DNA of 35,545 nt, taken from an uncultured Gammaproteobacteria bacterium. GTDB taxonomy: Bacteria > Patescibacteriota > Patescibacteriia > JACRDY01. The notes under the pieces were generated by a model. The model saw only the letters and a program-made list of their open reading frames with translations, was not told the DNA's origin and made no database searches. The first letter of the stretch is position 1; each line of letters starts with the position of its first letter. The translations under genes and the position numbers were made by a program. Below are positions 27,774 through 35,545 of the stretch, piece by piece. The stretch is from the NCBI GenBank assembly GCA_964523165.1, contig CAZFXZ010000002.1:1-35545 (forward strand), written 5' to 3'.

Positions 27774-29312
27774 TCATACCGCCGTGGCGTCAACTTCGAC
27801 TCGATCGCCGTCAGATAAAATTTTAGTCGCTAATTTTACACCAACCAAACAAGGTGTTTTTAATTCACGACTGACGATAGCCGCATGGCAGGTGATGCCG
27901 CCATCTTCGGTGATAATCGCTTTGGCTTTTTTCATGGCCGGCACTAAGGCCGGGAAAGTCGTGTGAGCCACCATAATATCACCCTTGTTCATCTTACTCA
28001 TCTCTTCAGGGAAATTAACAATTTTGACCAAACCGGTCGCTTGACCGGGACAAGCACAAGTTCCATTTAACTCTGAAATGCCAGCGATCTTTATTTTTTC
28101 AAACTTTTGTTTGGCCAAAAACTTTTTAGCTGCCGCGCCGACCAAAATTTTTGTTTGACCATCTTTCATCCAGAGCAGACTATGCTTTTTACGCTGATCC
28201 AATATTTTTGGAGAAACAATTTTGTTTTTTTCTAAAGCTTGCTGCAATTCATCAGCCGTCATATAACGCACTTGCATCAAAGACAAATCCAGACGTTTAG
28301 CCGCCTCGGCTAGTAAGAGGTTTAAAACATACATGCCGTGATACAGACAGTCTTTGCGAAAGCCTTTGATAAAAACAATATCTTGAGCCGCGGTAAATAT
28401 TTGTTGATAATGTCGATCAATTTTTAGCTGACGATAAAGTTTTTGTTGAGCTCGACGAGTCCTGTCTATAGTGCCGGCAAAACCGCCCAGCATTTTATCG
28501 GGCCGAACTTTTTGCCGAACCAAACCTGACAGTACTTCAAGATAATAATCCAGATCATAAGTCGGGCCTTGATAGCCATAAGGCAACCACAGCCATTTTT
28601 TGTGCAAAGCCACAATAGCCCGCTGCAACGCCGGCGAAATGTTGGCCAATTTTTTGACGATTTTAGCCGTATCTTTTTGACGAAAAACTTTTTTAGCTTG
28701 TTTGTCAGCGAGAATTTTTTTTAACAATAATAATGCTTCTTTTTCCTCTTGGCGAGCCAGACTTTCACGAAGTGGCGTGGTCAGTAAGCTAAAAACTTCA
28801 GCAAAATTAAGATCGGATTTTTGGTCAGAGATTTTTTGTCGCAAATAACTTAACAAATAATTAGTCAGGTCTTCGCCGTCGCTATCGACAAACCAAGTCG
28901 TTAATAAACTATGACGATGGCCCATCATCTGATGATCAAGGATCTGACGATGCAATTTAGCTATATCTTTATTGCTTAAGGTTGACAGTTTGAGTCGGCG
29001 CAAATTTTTAGCAAAAGCAAAATAATTTTTATTGATCTTGATAGTTTCTCTATGAATTTTATCAGCCCAAGCTGGTTTGGTGATTATTTTATCCAAGGTT
29101 TGTTGGATCATGTCACGCAATTGCCTGCTAACTAGATAACTACCGGGGTTATCATTATTAGCAAAAACAAAAATCGCCTCGCGGACCGGAAAAGCGCCCA
29201 GATGCTCTTGTGACCAATAAAAGCCCGAGACAATGGGGTGCATCATCTGGTAATCGACGCGACTGATGGCAAAATTTTTACGCCAAATTTTTGATTTGGC
29301 TTTATTGTTCAT
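27774..29312 (-). CDS. Protein with a helical substrate-domain-like N-terminal region plus a C-terminal PEP-utilizing-enzyme mobile (phosphohistidine swivel) domain
   Basis: The C-terminus reads GTCACPGQATGLVKIV...GDIMVAHTTFPALVPAMKKAKAIITEDGGITCHAAIVSRELKTPCLVGV, which contains the conserved TxH phosphohistidine motif. No PEP-utilizers_C TIM barrel follows. Confidence 0.8.
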   Translation of the reverse strand: MNNKAKSKIWRKNFAISRVDYQMMHPIVSGFYWSQEHLGAFPVREAIFVFANNDNPGSYLVSRQLRDMIQQTLDKIITKPAWADKIHRETIKINKNYFAFAKNLRRLKLSTLSNKDIAKLHRQILDHQMMGHRHSLLTTWFVDSDGEDLTNYLLSYLRQKISDQKSDLNFAEVFSLLTTPLRESLARQEEKEALLLLKKILADKQAKKVFRQKDTAKIVKKLANISPALQRAIVALHKKWLWLPYGYQGPTYDLDYYLEVLSGLVRQKVRPDKMLGGFAGTIDRTRRAQQKLYRQLKIDRHYQQIFTAAQDIVFIKGFRKDCLYHGMYVLNLLLAEAAKRLDLSLMQVRYMTADELQQALEKNKIVSPKILDQRKKHSLLWMKDGQTKILVGAAAKKFLAKQKFEKIKIAGISELNGTCACPGQATGLVKIVNFPEEMSKMNKGDIMVAHTTFPALVPAMKKAKAIITEDGGITCHAAIVSRELKTPCLVGVKLATKILSDGDRVEVDATAV

Positions 29313-29314
29313 AC

Positions 29315-30541
29315 CTACCTAGCTAACAATATTTCCACGGCCTTGTCTAATTGCGGATCGCGATCGTTGTCAAAGTCGTCTTGAGTCAAATCAACTTCCA
29401 CGTCTGGGCTAATACCATTTTTATCAATACTAACGCCGTTGGGTGTAAACCAACGCGCCGTGGTTAGTTTTATGGCTGAGCCGTCAGTTAGCTCAAATAA
29501 TTCTTGGATCGAGCCTTTGCCGAAGGTTTTTTTGCCAACTAACGTGGCCTTACCATGATCGTGCAAAGCCCCGGCCACAATTTCCGAAGCCGAAGCCGAG
29601 CCTTCATTAATCAAGACTACAGTTGGAAAATCAGCTAAACGATTTTGACCTTGGGCTTTAAATTCATGTCGACTGTCTTGATCACCTTCACTGACAATCA
29701 CGCCTTGATCGATCCACTCACCAGCCACGTCAATAGAACTGTCAAAAAACCCTCCGGGATTGCCGCGCAAATCGATAATAATACCTTGAGGATTTTTGTT
29801 TAAAATTTCTTGAACGGCTTGTCTAAACAACGGCACGGTGTCTTTGTGAAAATTCATAATTTCCACATAAAATAAATTATCCGGGCGCATTTCCCAGCGC
29901 ACGCTCGAAAATTCAATTTTTTTTCTGGTGATCGTCATGTCCAGAGATTCGTCAGTGCTCGGTCTAAAAATAGCCAATCTGACCTGACTGCCGGCCGGAC
30001 CCTTGATCAAGCTCACAGCATAATCCAATGACAAGCCGGCTGTTTCCTGATCGTCAATCGCCAAAATATAATCTCCGGCTTTCAAGCCCGCAGCTTGAGC
30101 CGGACTGTCAGCCAAGGGCGTAACGACCAACAACTGAGACTTTTTGATCGTGATTTCCGCGCCGATACCCTCAAAAGTGCCTTCTAAAGAATCGGCAAAA
30201 TCTTTATTGACTTGGGGATCCAAAAAATTTGAATGATCATCGTCCAAACCGGCGACCAAACCTTTTAGAGCGCCATAAAAAAGCTGACTGTCGCTGACCT
30301 GACCGGTATCAATATAATTTTCCCGAATGGTTTGCCAAACATTCCAAAATAAAGCAAAGTCCACATCCTGAGACAAAAAATCTGGTCGGTGCTGGGCGCT
30401 GGCCGGATCCAATAATTGACCACTTAGTTCTGGATTTTTCGGTTGGTCGACGAGGCCGCCCACGACCACCCCGATGACAAAAATGATAACGCTAAAATAA
30501 ACAACGATAAAATTGCGAAAAGTGTGCGAAGGCTGATTCAT
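29315..30541 (-). CDS. S41-family C-terminal processing peptidase with a PDZ domain
   Basis: It has an N-terminal TM anchor and a PDZ domain (SPAQAAGLKAGDYILAIDDQ). The S41 core includes IIIDLRGNPGG, INEGSASASEI and KKTFGKGS. Confidence 0.88.
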   Translation of the reverse strand: MNQPSHTFRNFIVVYFSVIIFVIGVVVGGLVDQPKNPELSGQLLDPASAQHRPDFLSQDVDFALFWNVWQTIRENYIDTGQVSDSQLFYGALKGLVAGLDDDHSNFLDPQVNKDFADSLEGTFEGIGAEITIKKSQLLVVTPLADSPAQAAGLKAGDYILAIDDQETAGLSLDYAVSLIKGPAGSQVRLAIFRPSTDESLDMTITRKKIEFSSVRWEMRPDNLFYVEIMNFHKDTVPLFRQAVQEILNKNPQGIIIDLRGNPGGFFDSSIDVAGEWIDQGVIVSEGDQDSRHEFKAQGQNRLADFPTVVLINEGSASASEIVAGALHDHGKATLVGKKTFGKGSIQELFELTDGSAIKLTTARWFTPNGVSIDKNGISPDVEVDLTQDDFDNDRDPQLDKAVEILLAR

Positions 30542-30550
30542 AAATTATAA

Positions 30551-31822
30551 TTATTTATTTTGACGATTGACCCGCCGAATATCGGCTCCGAGCGAGTTGA
30601 GTTTTGATTCTAAATCATCATAACCACGATCAATGTAGTTGATGTCGCGAATCGTAGTTTTGCCTTTGGCGGCCAAACCGGCCAACAACACGGCGGCGCC
30701 GGCGCGAATATCACAACTTTCCACATCCCGACCACGCAAAATTGTCCGACCCGTCACCACCGCTTGATGATCGTTGAGAATTTCCGTTTTGGCTCCCATT
30801 TTTTTTAATTCTTTTAGATACTGAAAGCGGCCTTCGAAAAGTGTTTCAAAAATATGGGTTGTGCCTTGAGCTTGAGTCAACAAAACGGCAAATGGAGCTT
30901 GTAGGTCAGTCGGGAAACCAGGATGGACGCGGGTTTCTAACTTGCTAAAAGCTTTTAAACCAGCTTGATAAGTTACCGTAACTGAATTTTTGCCGTATTT
31001 ATAGCTACCGCCGGCTTCGGCTAGACGCAACCACAAAGCATCAAGCTGATGAGGATCCAAGCCCTTGATCGTGACTTTACTGCCCGGCACAATAGCCGCG
31101 GCAATGGCTAACGTACCCATCTCCAAATAGTCGCCAACGATTTGATGATGAACTGGTTTGAGCTTTTGCCGACCTCTGATAATCAAAGTTGATGATCCCA
31201 AGCCAGAAATTTTTGCCCCCATTTTATTGAGCATTTCCGCCAGATTGGCGACGTGCGGTTCGGCCGCGGCCAAACGTATTTCGGATAACCCAGTCGTGGC
31301 GGCCGCGGCCGTCAAAGCATTTTCCGTGGCCGTGACCGACGCTTCCCACATCAAAAAATTATTAGCTTGAAGTTTGTTGGCCTTGAGGTGCAACCAATCT
31401 TGAGTATTAATTAATTTAGCCCCCAAATCACGAAAGGCGTTGAGGTGAGCTCTGACAGAACGTTTACCGATGACACAACCACCCGGGAAAGCCATTTTGA
31501 CCTCACCAAATCGTGCCAACATCGGACCCAAAAGCAAAATTGAAGCCCGCAAACGCGAAACTTGATCATGGCCCAACGGTCGATTTTGCAAATTGGTCGT
31601 ATCCACCGTCAAACGATGATCGACAAAAGTTACACGGCAACCCAAATATTCCAATAGGCCAATCATTGTTCGAACATCGGAAATATTTGGCACGTTAGTT
31701 AAAACGGATTTGCCTTTCACTAACAGTGTCGCGGCCAAACACGGCAAAGCGGCGTTTTTGGAGCCAGAAACTTGGACCTGACCACGCAAGGGCAATAAAC
31801 CTTTGATCAAAAATGAATCCAT
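30551..31822 (-). CDS. murA: UDP-N-acetylglucosamine 1-carboxyvinyltransferase MurA
   Basis: I chose the ATG at 31822 (MDSFLIKGLLPLRGQVQVSGSKNAALP). The track ORF begins at a TTG that lies inside the TACAAT promoter element. A catalytic-loop region and GFPTDLQAP are present. Confidence 0.93.
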   Translation of the reverse strand: MDSFLIKGLLPLRGQVQVSGSKNAALPCLAATLLVKGKSVLTNVPNISDVRTMIGLLEYLGCRVTFVDHRLTVDTTNLQNRPLGHDQVSRLRASILLLGPMLARFGEVKMAFPGGCVIGKRSVRAHLNAFRDLGAKLINTQDWLHLKANKLQANNFLMWEASVTATENALTAAAATTGLSEIRLAAAEPHVANLAEMLNKMGAKISGLGSSTLIIRGRQKLKPVHHQIVGDYLEMGTLAIAAAIVPGSKVTIKGLDPHQLDALWLRLAEAGGSYKYGKNSVTVTYQAGLKAFSKLETRVHPGFPTDLQAPFAVLLTQAQGTTHIFETLFEGRFQYLKELKKMGAKTEILNDHQAVVTGRTILRGRDVESCDIRAGAAVLLAGLAAKGKTTIRDINYIDRGYDDLESKLNSLGADIRRVNRQNK

Positions 31823-31873
31823 AAATAAATGTTTAATGACTTTATTGTAGCCCAAAAGATCAGCAAACTCAAG

Positions 31874-31903
31874 TTGCCAAAATAGCCAAAAAGTAGGTAT
31901 ACT
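31874..31903 (+). promoter_or_regulatory. Candidate promoter TTGCCA-N18-TATACT for the PEGA-domain gene
   Basis: Hexamers lie at 31874..31879 and 31898..31903. The -10 ends 14 nt before the ATG at 31918. Confidence 0.45.
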
Positions 31904-31917
31904 TCCTGCCGTCAGTT

Positions 31918-33312
31918 ATGAACAATCAACCAGCAGATTATCAAATGTTGTCATTTACCACCCGACGGATCGTGGCCTGGACTTTTGTGATTTTATTTTT
32001 TTGTACCGCACCCTTGTTGGTCTTGTATACCGCCGGCTATGGCTATAATTTCAAAAAACAAGTCATCCAAAAAACTGGCTCTTTGTCGATCAAGCCAACA
32101 CCCAGCAGCGCTCAAATTTACCTCGACGGTAAACTACAAACCGCTTCTCGACCAGATAACACTTTGCGCATCAACAATTTATTACCCGGCGAATACACCG
32201 TCCGGATCAGTCAAGACGGCTATTATGATTGGCAAAAAAAATTAGTGGTTAGCGAAAGCACTAATACTTTCGTCAATCAAGTTGTGTTGTTTAAAAACGA
32301 CAACCAGCTCCGTCAGATCGCCGCTGACTTACAGACTTGGTTTAAGACAACAAAAAATATCGTTTACACCACAACCGATGGTAAAATTTTTGTCGCCACG
32401 CTCTCGACAGGTCAAACACAAAATGTCGGCCCACTCGAGGCCACAGAAAAAATCAACAGCTTTTCTTTGGATGGTGGGCGTTTTATCAGTGCCGACACTA
32501 AGGGCAATTATTTCCTTTACGATTTAGATAAACCTAATCAAAAATTGTCCATCAATCAACTCAGCGACAAAAATCTTAGTCGCTTAAGTTGGAGTCCAAC
32601 GGTTGATTACCATCTTGTGGGTTGGTCGGGACAGGCTTTATATCAAATAAATACCATCACCAAGGAAGTTCGCTTGTTGACTACCCTGCCCAGCAATTTA
32701 AGCGTCCAGAGCAACGTCCATGTAGCCGGCACGATGATTTATTTTGTCGCCAGCAACAAAAAGACTGCCTTGACTAGTTTATATAGCCTAGACAGCAAAG
32801 ACTCAACCGGACCCCGGGCGATTTTGAAGCTCAAAACTGCGACTGATTATACATTCAAAAAAACCCCGACCGGGGCCATGACTTTACTTTCACCCAGCCA
32901 AGAAATCGTTTGGTTTTTTAATAATGATTTAAGTGCTATAGACTTTGTGGTCACGGCCAAAGATTATCATTGGCTCAATATTTCTTCGCTGCCCCAACTT
33001 TTACTAACCAGTGATTTTGCCGTACAAATCGTCAATCTTGATCAATCTGGCTTGGAAACTATTTTGCGCATTAGTCAGCAAATAGACAATGTTCAACCGA
33101 TCGGTCAAACAAACTATTTTGCTTATCAAGCTCAAGGCCGACTAAATATTATAGAACACGATGGTCGCGACCAACGTAATCTTATAGAATTATCAAATAT
33201 CGGTCAGATAACAGATTTTGTCATTTCACCAGATGGTCAAAAACTTTACATTATAAAAAATACTGGCCAGGCCAGTAGTTTGGAGCAATCCATCATCCAA
33301 GATCCTAACTAG
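31918..33312 (+). CDS. Membrane-anchored PEGA-domain protein with a C-terminal beta-propeller-like repeat region
   Basis: It has a TM helix (IVAWTFVILFFCTAPLLVLY) and a PEGA domain (SLSIKPTPSSAQIYLDGK...LLPGEYTVRISQDGYYDWQKKLVV). The rest is a repetitive beta-rich region ending in DFVISPDGQKLYII, which is TolB/WD40-like. Confidence 0.7.
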   Translation: MNNQPADYQMLSFTTRRIVAWTFVILFFCTAPLLVLYTAGYGYNFKKQVIQKTGSLSIKPTPSSAQIYLDGKLQTASRPDNTLRINNLLPGEYTVRISQDGYYDWQKKLVVSESTNTFVNQVVLFKNDNQLRQIAADLQTWFKTTKNIVYTTTDGKIFVATLSTGQTQNVGPLEATEKINSFSLDGGRFISADTKGNYFLYDLDKPNQKLSINQLSDKNLSRLSWSPTVDYHLVGWSGQALYQINTITKEVRLLTTLPSNLSVQSNVHVAGTMIYFVASNKKTALTSLYSLDSKDSTGPRAILKLKTATDYTFKKTPTGAMTLLSPSQEIVWFFNNDLSAIDFVVTAKDYHWLNISSLPQLLLTSDFAVQIVNLDQSGLETILRISQQIDNVQPIGQTNYFAYQAQGRLNIIEHDGRDQRNLIELSNIGQITDFVISPDGQKLYIIKNTGQASSLEQSIIQDPN

Positions 33313-34021
33313 CCTTGCTGCGGCCGGCCATAAAATTGCCGGCGGCTAAAAGTGAATCAAACGTCCCGGCGTCATACCAGGCGCCGTTTATAAAACGCAC
33401 ATCGATTTCGCCTAATTCTAAATAACGATTATGAAGTGAGGTGATCTCGATTTCTCCACGCTCTGAAGGTTGGACTTCTTTGGCAAATTGCACGACGCGA
33501 TTGTCATAAACATACAGGCCGACGATAGCCTGATCGGAAATAAATTCTTGGGGTTTCTCAACAATCTGGGTAACTTTTTTATTGTCATCAAAAGCCGCCA
33601 CGCCAAAACGTTGCGGATCGGGTACGGTCTTACAAAATATCCTAGCGCCAGAAGTAAAACTGGCAATCGCTTCGGACAAATCATCTTCAAAAATATTATC
33701 CCCCAAAATCATCGTCACACTATCTTGACCAATAAAGTTTTCGCCCACGATAAAAGCATCGGCTAAACCTTTGGGTTGTTCTTGGATTTCATAAGAAAAT
33801 TTCGCGCCAAATTCTTGACCCGAACCCAAGAGATGCAAAAACTGACCGGCGTTTTCTGGGGCGATGATAATCAAGATATCTTTTATCCCAGCTTTGATCA
33901 AAGTTTCAATCGGATAAAAAATCATCGGCTTATCATAAACCGGTAAAAGTTGTTTGGACGTAACTTTGGTTAGCGGCCGTAAGCGCGTGGCCTTACCACC
34001 AGCCAAAACGATACCTTTCAT
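33305..34021 (-). CDS. rfbA: Glucose-1-phosphate thymidylyltransferase (short-form RmlA-type nucleotidyltransferase)
   Basis: MKGIVLAGGKATRLRPLTKVTSKQLLPVYDKPMIFYPIETL is followed by QPKGLADAF and LGDNIF. Confidence 0.82.
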   Translation of the reverse strand: MKGIVLAGGKATRLRPLTKVTSKQLLPVYDKPMIFYPIETLIKAGIKDILIIIAPENAGQFLHLLGSGQEFGAKFSYEIQEQPKGLADAFIVGENFIGQDSVTMILGDNIFEDDLSEAIASFTSGARIFCKTVPDPQRFGVAAFDDNKKVTQIVEKPQEFISDQAIVGLYVYDNRVVQFAKEVQPSERGEIEITSLHNRYLELGEIDVRFINGAWYDAGTFDSLLAAGNFMAGRSKAS

Positions 34022-34044
34022 AATGTTTTTAGCCTAGTCTAATT

Positions 34045-34887
34045 TTAGATAAAACGCAAATAATCGCGCAAAGCTTGTTGCCAAGTCCGCAGGGCCGGCA
34101 ATTTGGTGTTGAGTAAAATTGAACAAGCCGGTCGCCGAGCCGGTCGGACAAAATTTTCGCCGGTGGTTGGATTAATTTTGATCGACAAACCACGGATGGC
34201 AAAAATTTCTTTGGCTAAATCATACCAAGTACAGCCGCCCGAGTTAACTACATGGTAAATACCAAAGGGCATTTTTTCGCTAACAATTTTTTTGGTTTGT
34301 TCAGCCAAATCAGCGGCATATGTCGGACAAGAAATTTCTTCATCAACCACCGCCAGCTCATCACGATTTTGCGCCAGCTCCAACATCTTGTCAACAAAAC
34401 TGCTTTTAACATTTTGGCCACTACCCTTTTGGCCAAACAACCGCGACAAACGAATCAAATAATATCTTGAGCAATTTTCTTGCAACTCTTGCTCACCTAA
34501 ATATTTAGAGCGACCATATTGAGAAATCGGATTGGGCTGATCACCTTCGCCATAGCCAGTTTCTTTTTCACCGTCAAAAACATAATCGGTACTGTAATGA
34601 ATGAGCACCGCCCCCAGCTCTTTAGCCACCTTGGCCAAATAACCCACGGCATAACCATTGATCTTTTTGGCCAGCTCGTCATCACGCTCGGCTCCATCAA
34701 CATCGTTATAAGCCGCAGCGTTGATGATAACATCTGGGCGCAAAGCCAAAATTTTTTCTTGGACAAGATTTTGATTGGTAATATCTATTTCATCTCGATC
34801 CCAAACCGTTGGGCGATAATCAACAAAAGCTTGGCTCAAATATTGGCCCAGCATTCCCCGACCGCCGATGATCAAAATCTTGTTCAT
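34045..34887 (-). CDS. rfbD: dTDP-4-dehydrorhamnose reductase
   Basis: ILIIGGRGMLG is the Rossmann motif. It is followed by AAYNDVDGAE, STDYVFDG and YGRSKYLGE (YxxxK), typical of RmlD. Confidence 0.87.
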   Translation of the reverse strand: MNKILIIGGRGMLGQYLSQAFVDYRPTVWDRDEIDITNQNLVQEKILALRPDVIINAAAYNDVDGAERDDELAKKINGYAVGYLAKVAKELGAVLIHYSTDYVFDGEKETGYGEGDQPNPISQYGRSKYLGEQELQENCSRYYLIRLSRLFGQKGSGQNVKSSFVDKMLELAQNRDELAVVDEEISCPTYAADLAEQTKKIVSEKMPFGIYHVVNSGGCTWYDLAKEIFAIRGLSIKINPTTGENFVRPARRPACSILLNTKLPALRTWQQALRDYLRFI

Positions 34888-34891
34888 AAAT

Positions 34892-35545
34892 TTATAAAAC
34901 TAAAGACAAACGACTAGCCACAACTTCAACTTCTAATGGCTGCTGTAGATTGTAAATTTCACCATCAAGCTGCAATAAAACTTTTTTATCACAACTGATT
35001 TTTAACCGGCGAAAAGTATGATAATTTAAACGATCTTCGACTGACAATTTACTAAAAATGAGTTTAAAAAATAATCGCCAATAATCTTTAAAATTTACCG
35101 GTCGGACAATAGCTAAAGTAAAAACTCCGTCAGTCGGCGAAACGTCCGGGCCCAAAGGCCGGCCTAACAATTGACCGATGTTCATAAAAAACACCGTTTT
35201 GGCGTGATGTTGATGCTCCAAACCGTCAATATTTAAAGAAAAATTTGTTTCGGAAATATTAAATAAATTTTTTAAGACGGCCAAACTGTAAGCGCCAAAA
35301 CCAAATAATCTTTTAGCCACCCGGCTGGTTTGAGCAATGATTTGGGCGTCATAACCCAGCCCACCGGCCACCAAAAAATAAATTTCTTTATTGACCAAAC
35401 CAACGTCAATCTTTTTTATTTGACCAGTCAAAATTGCGGCCATCGACTTTTTGACATCTTTAGCCAAACCAAAACCAGCCGCCAATAAATTGGCACTGCC
35501 GGCCGGGACAACACCCAGTGGGATATCAATGTTGTTTTTTAATAA
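34892..35545 (-). CDS. Diacylglycerol/lipid kinase family protein (YegS/BmrU-like), 5'-truncated by the window end
   Basis: The reading frame stays open to the window edge. The upstream codons read LLKNNIDIPLGVVPAGSANLLAAGFGL, the DAGK catalytic-domain motif. The track start at 35485 is an internal TTG. Confidence 0.8.
   Translation of the reverse strand, partial: LLKNNIDIPLGVVPAGSANLLAAGFGLAKDVKKSMAAILTGQIKKIDVGLVNKEIYFLVAGGLGYDAQIIAQTSRVAKRLFGFGAYSLAVLKNLFNISETNFSLNIDGLEHQHHAKTVFFMNIGQLLGRPLGPDVSPTDGVFTLAIVRPVNFKDYWRLFFKLIFSKLSVEDRLNYHTFRRLKISCDKKVLLQLDGEIYNLQQPLEVEVVASRLSLVL

Noticed and set aside
31823-31855. TTG-initiated 11-codon extension of murA
   Set aside because: The TTG lies within or next to the TACAAT -10 element. 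The ATG at 31822 yields the canonical MurA N-terminus.

Overview
This is a gene-dense chromosomal segment of about 43% GC by hand counts, with most genes on the minus strand. It looks like a streamlined CPR/Patescibacteria-type bacterium. That is an inference from the short intergenic gaps, 4-nt gene overlaps, native genes without Shine-Dalgarno sequences, domain-minimised proteins and a DUF3048 gene. The content is largely housekeeping. It includes ribosomal proteins L25, L27 and L9, gyrB, and a reduced dcw block (mraY-murD-ftsW-murG). It also includes a second SEDS gene (RodA-like), murA, ftsE/ftsX, an FtsB-like gene, pyrG, a NifS-type cysteine desulfurase, rmlA/rmlD and a C-terminal processing peptidase. 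Four tRNAs are present: Gln-UUG, Gly-CCC, Thr-CGU and Lys-UUU. I saw no rRNA, CRISPR array, transposase or integrase. Five things stand out. (1) A ~0.8-kb high-GC single-gene cassette (CDS 25993..26619) sits between rplI and a PEP-utilizing gene pair. It has its own promoter, the only strong Shine-Dalgarno in the window, a structured 5' UTR and its own terminator. (2) A second high-GC block lies at the left window edge. (3) A 104-nt inverted-repeat-bounded structured element sits just upstream of tRNA-Lys, flanked by a 12-nt direct duplication of the tRNA 5' end. (4) A membrane-anchored Clp/Hsp100-like ATPase carries only one nucleotide-binding domain. (5) A rifampin-phosphotransferase/PpsA-like phosphotransferase is split into two genes in swapped order. 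Product calls come from reading the translated ORFs for family motifs, and no database search was possible.
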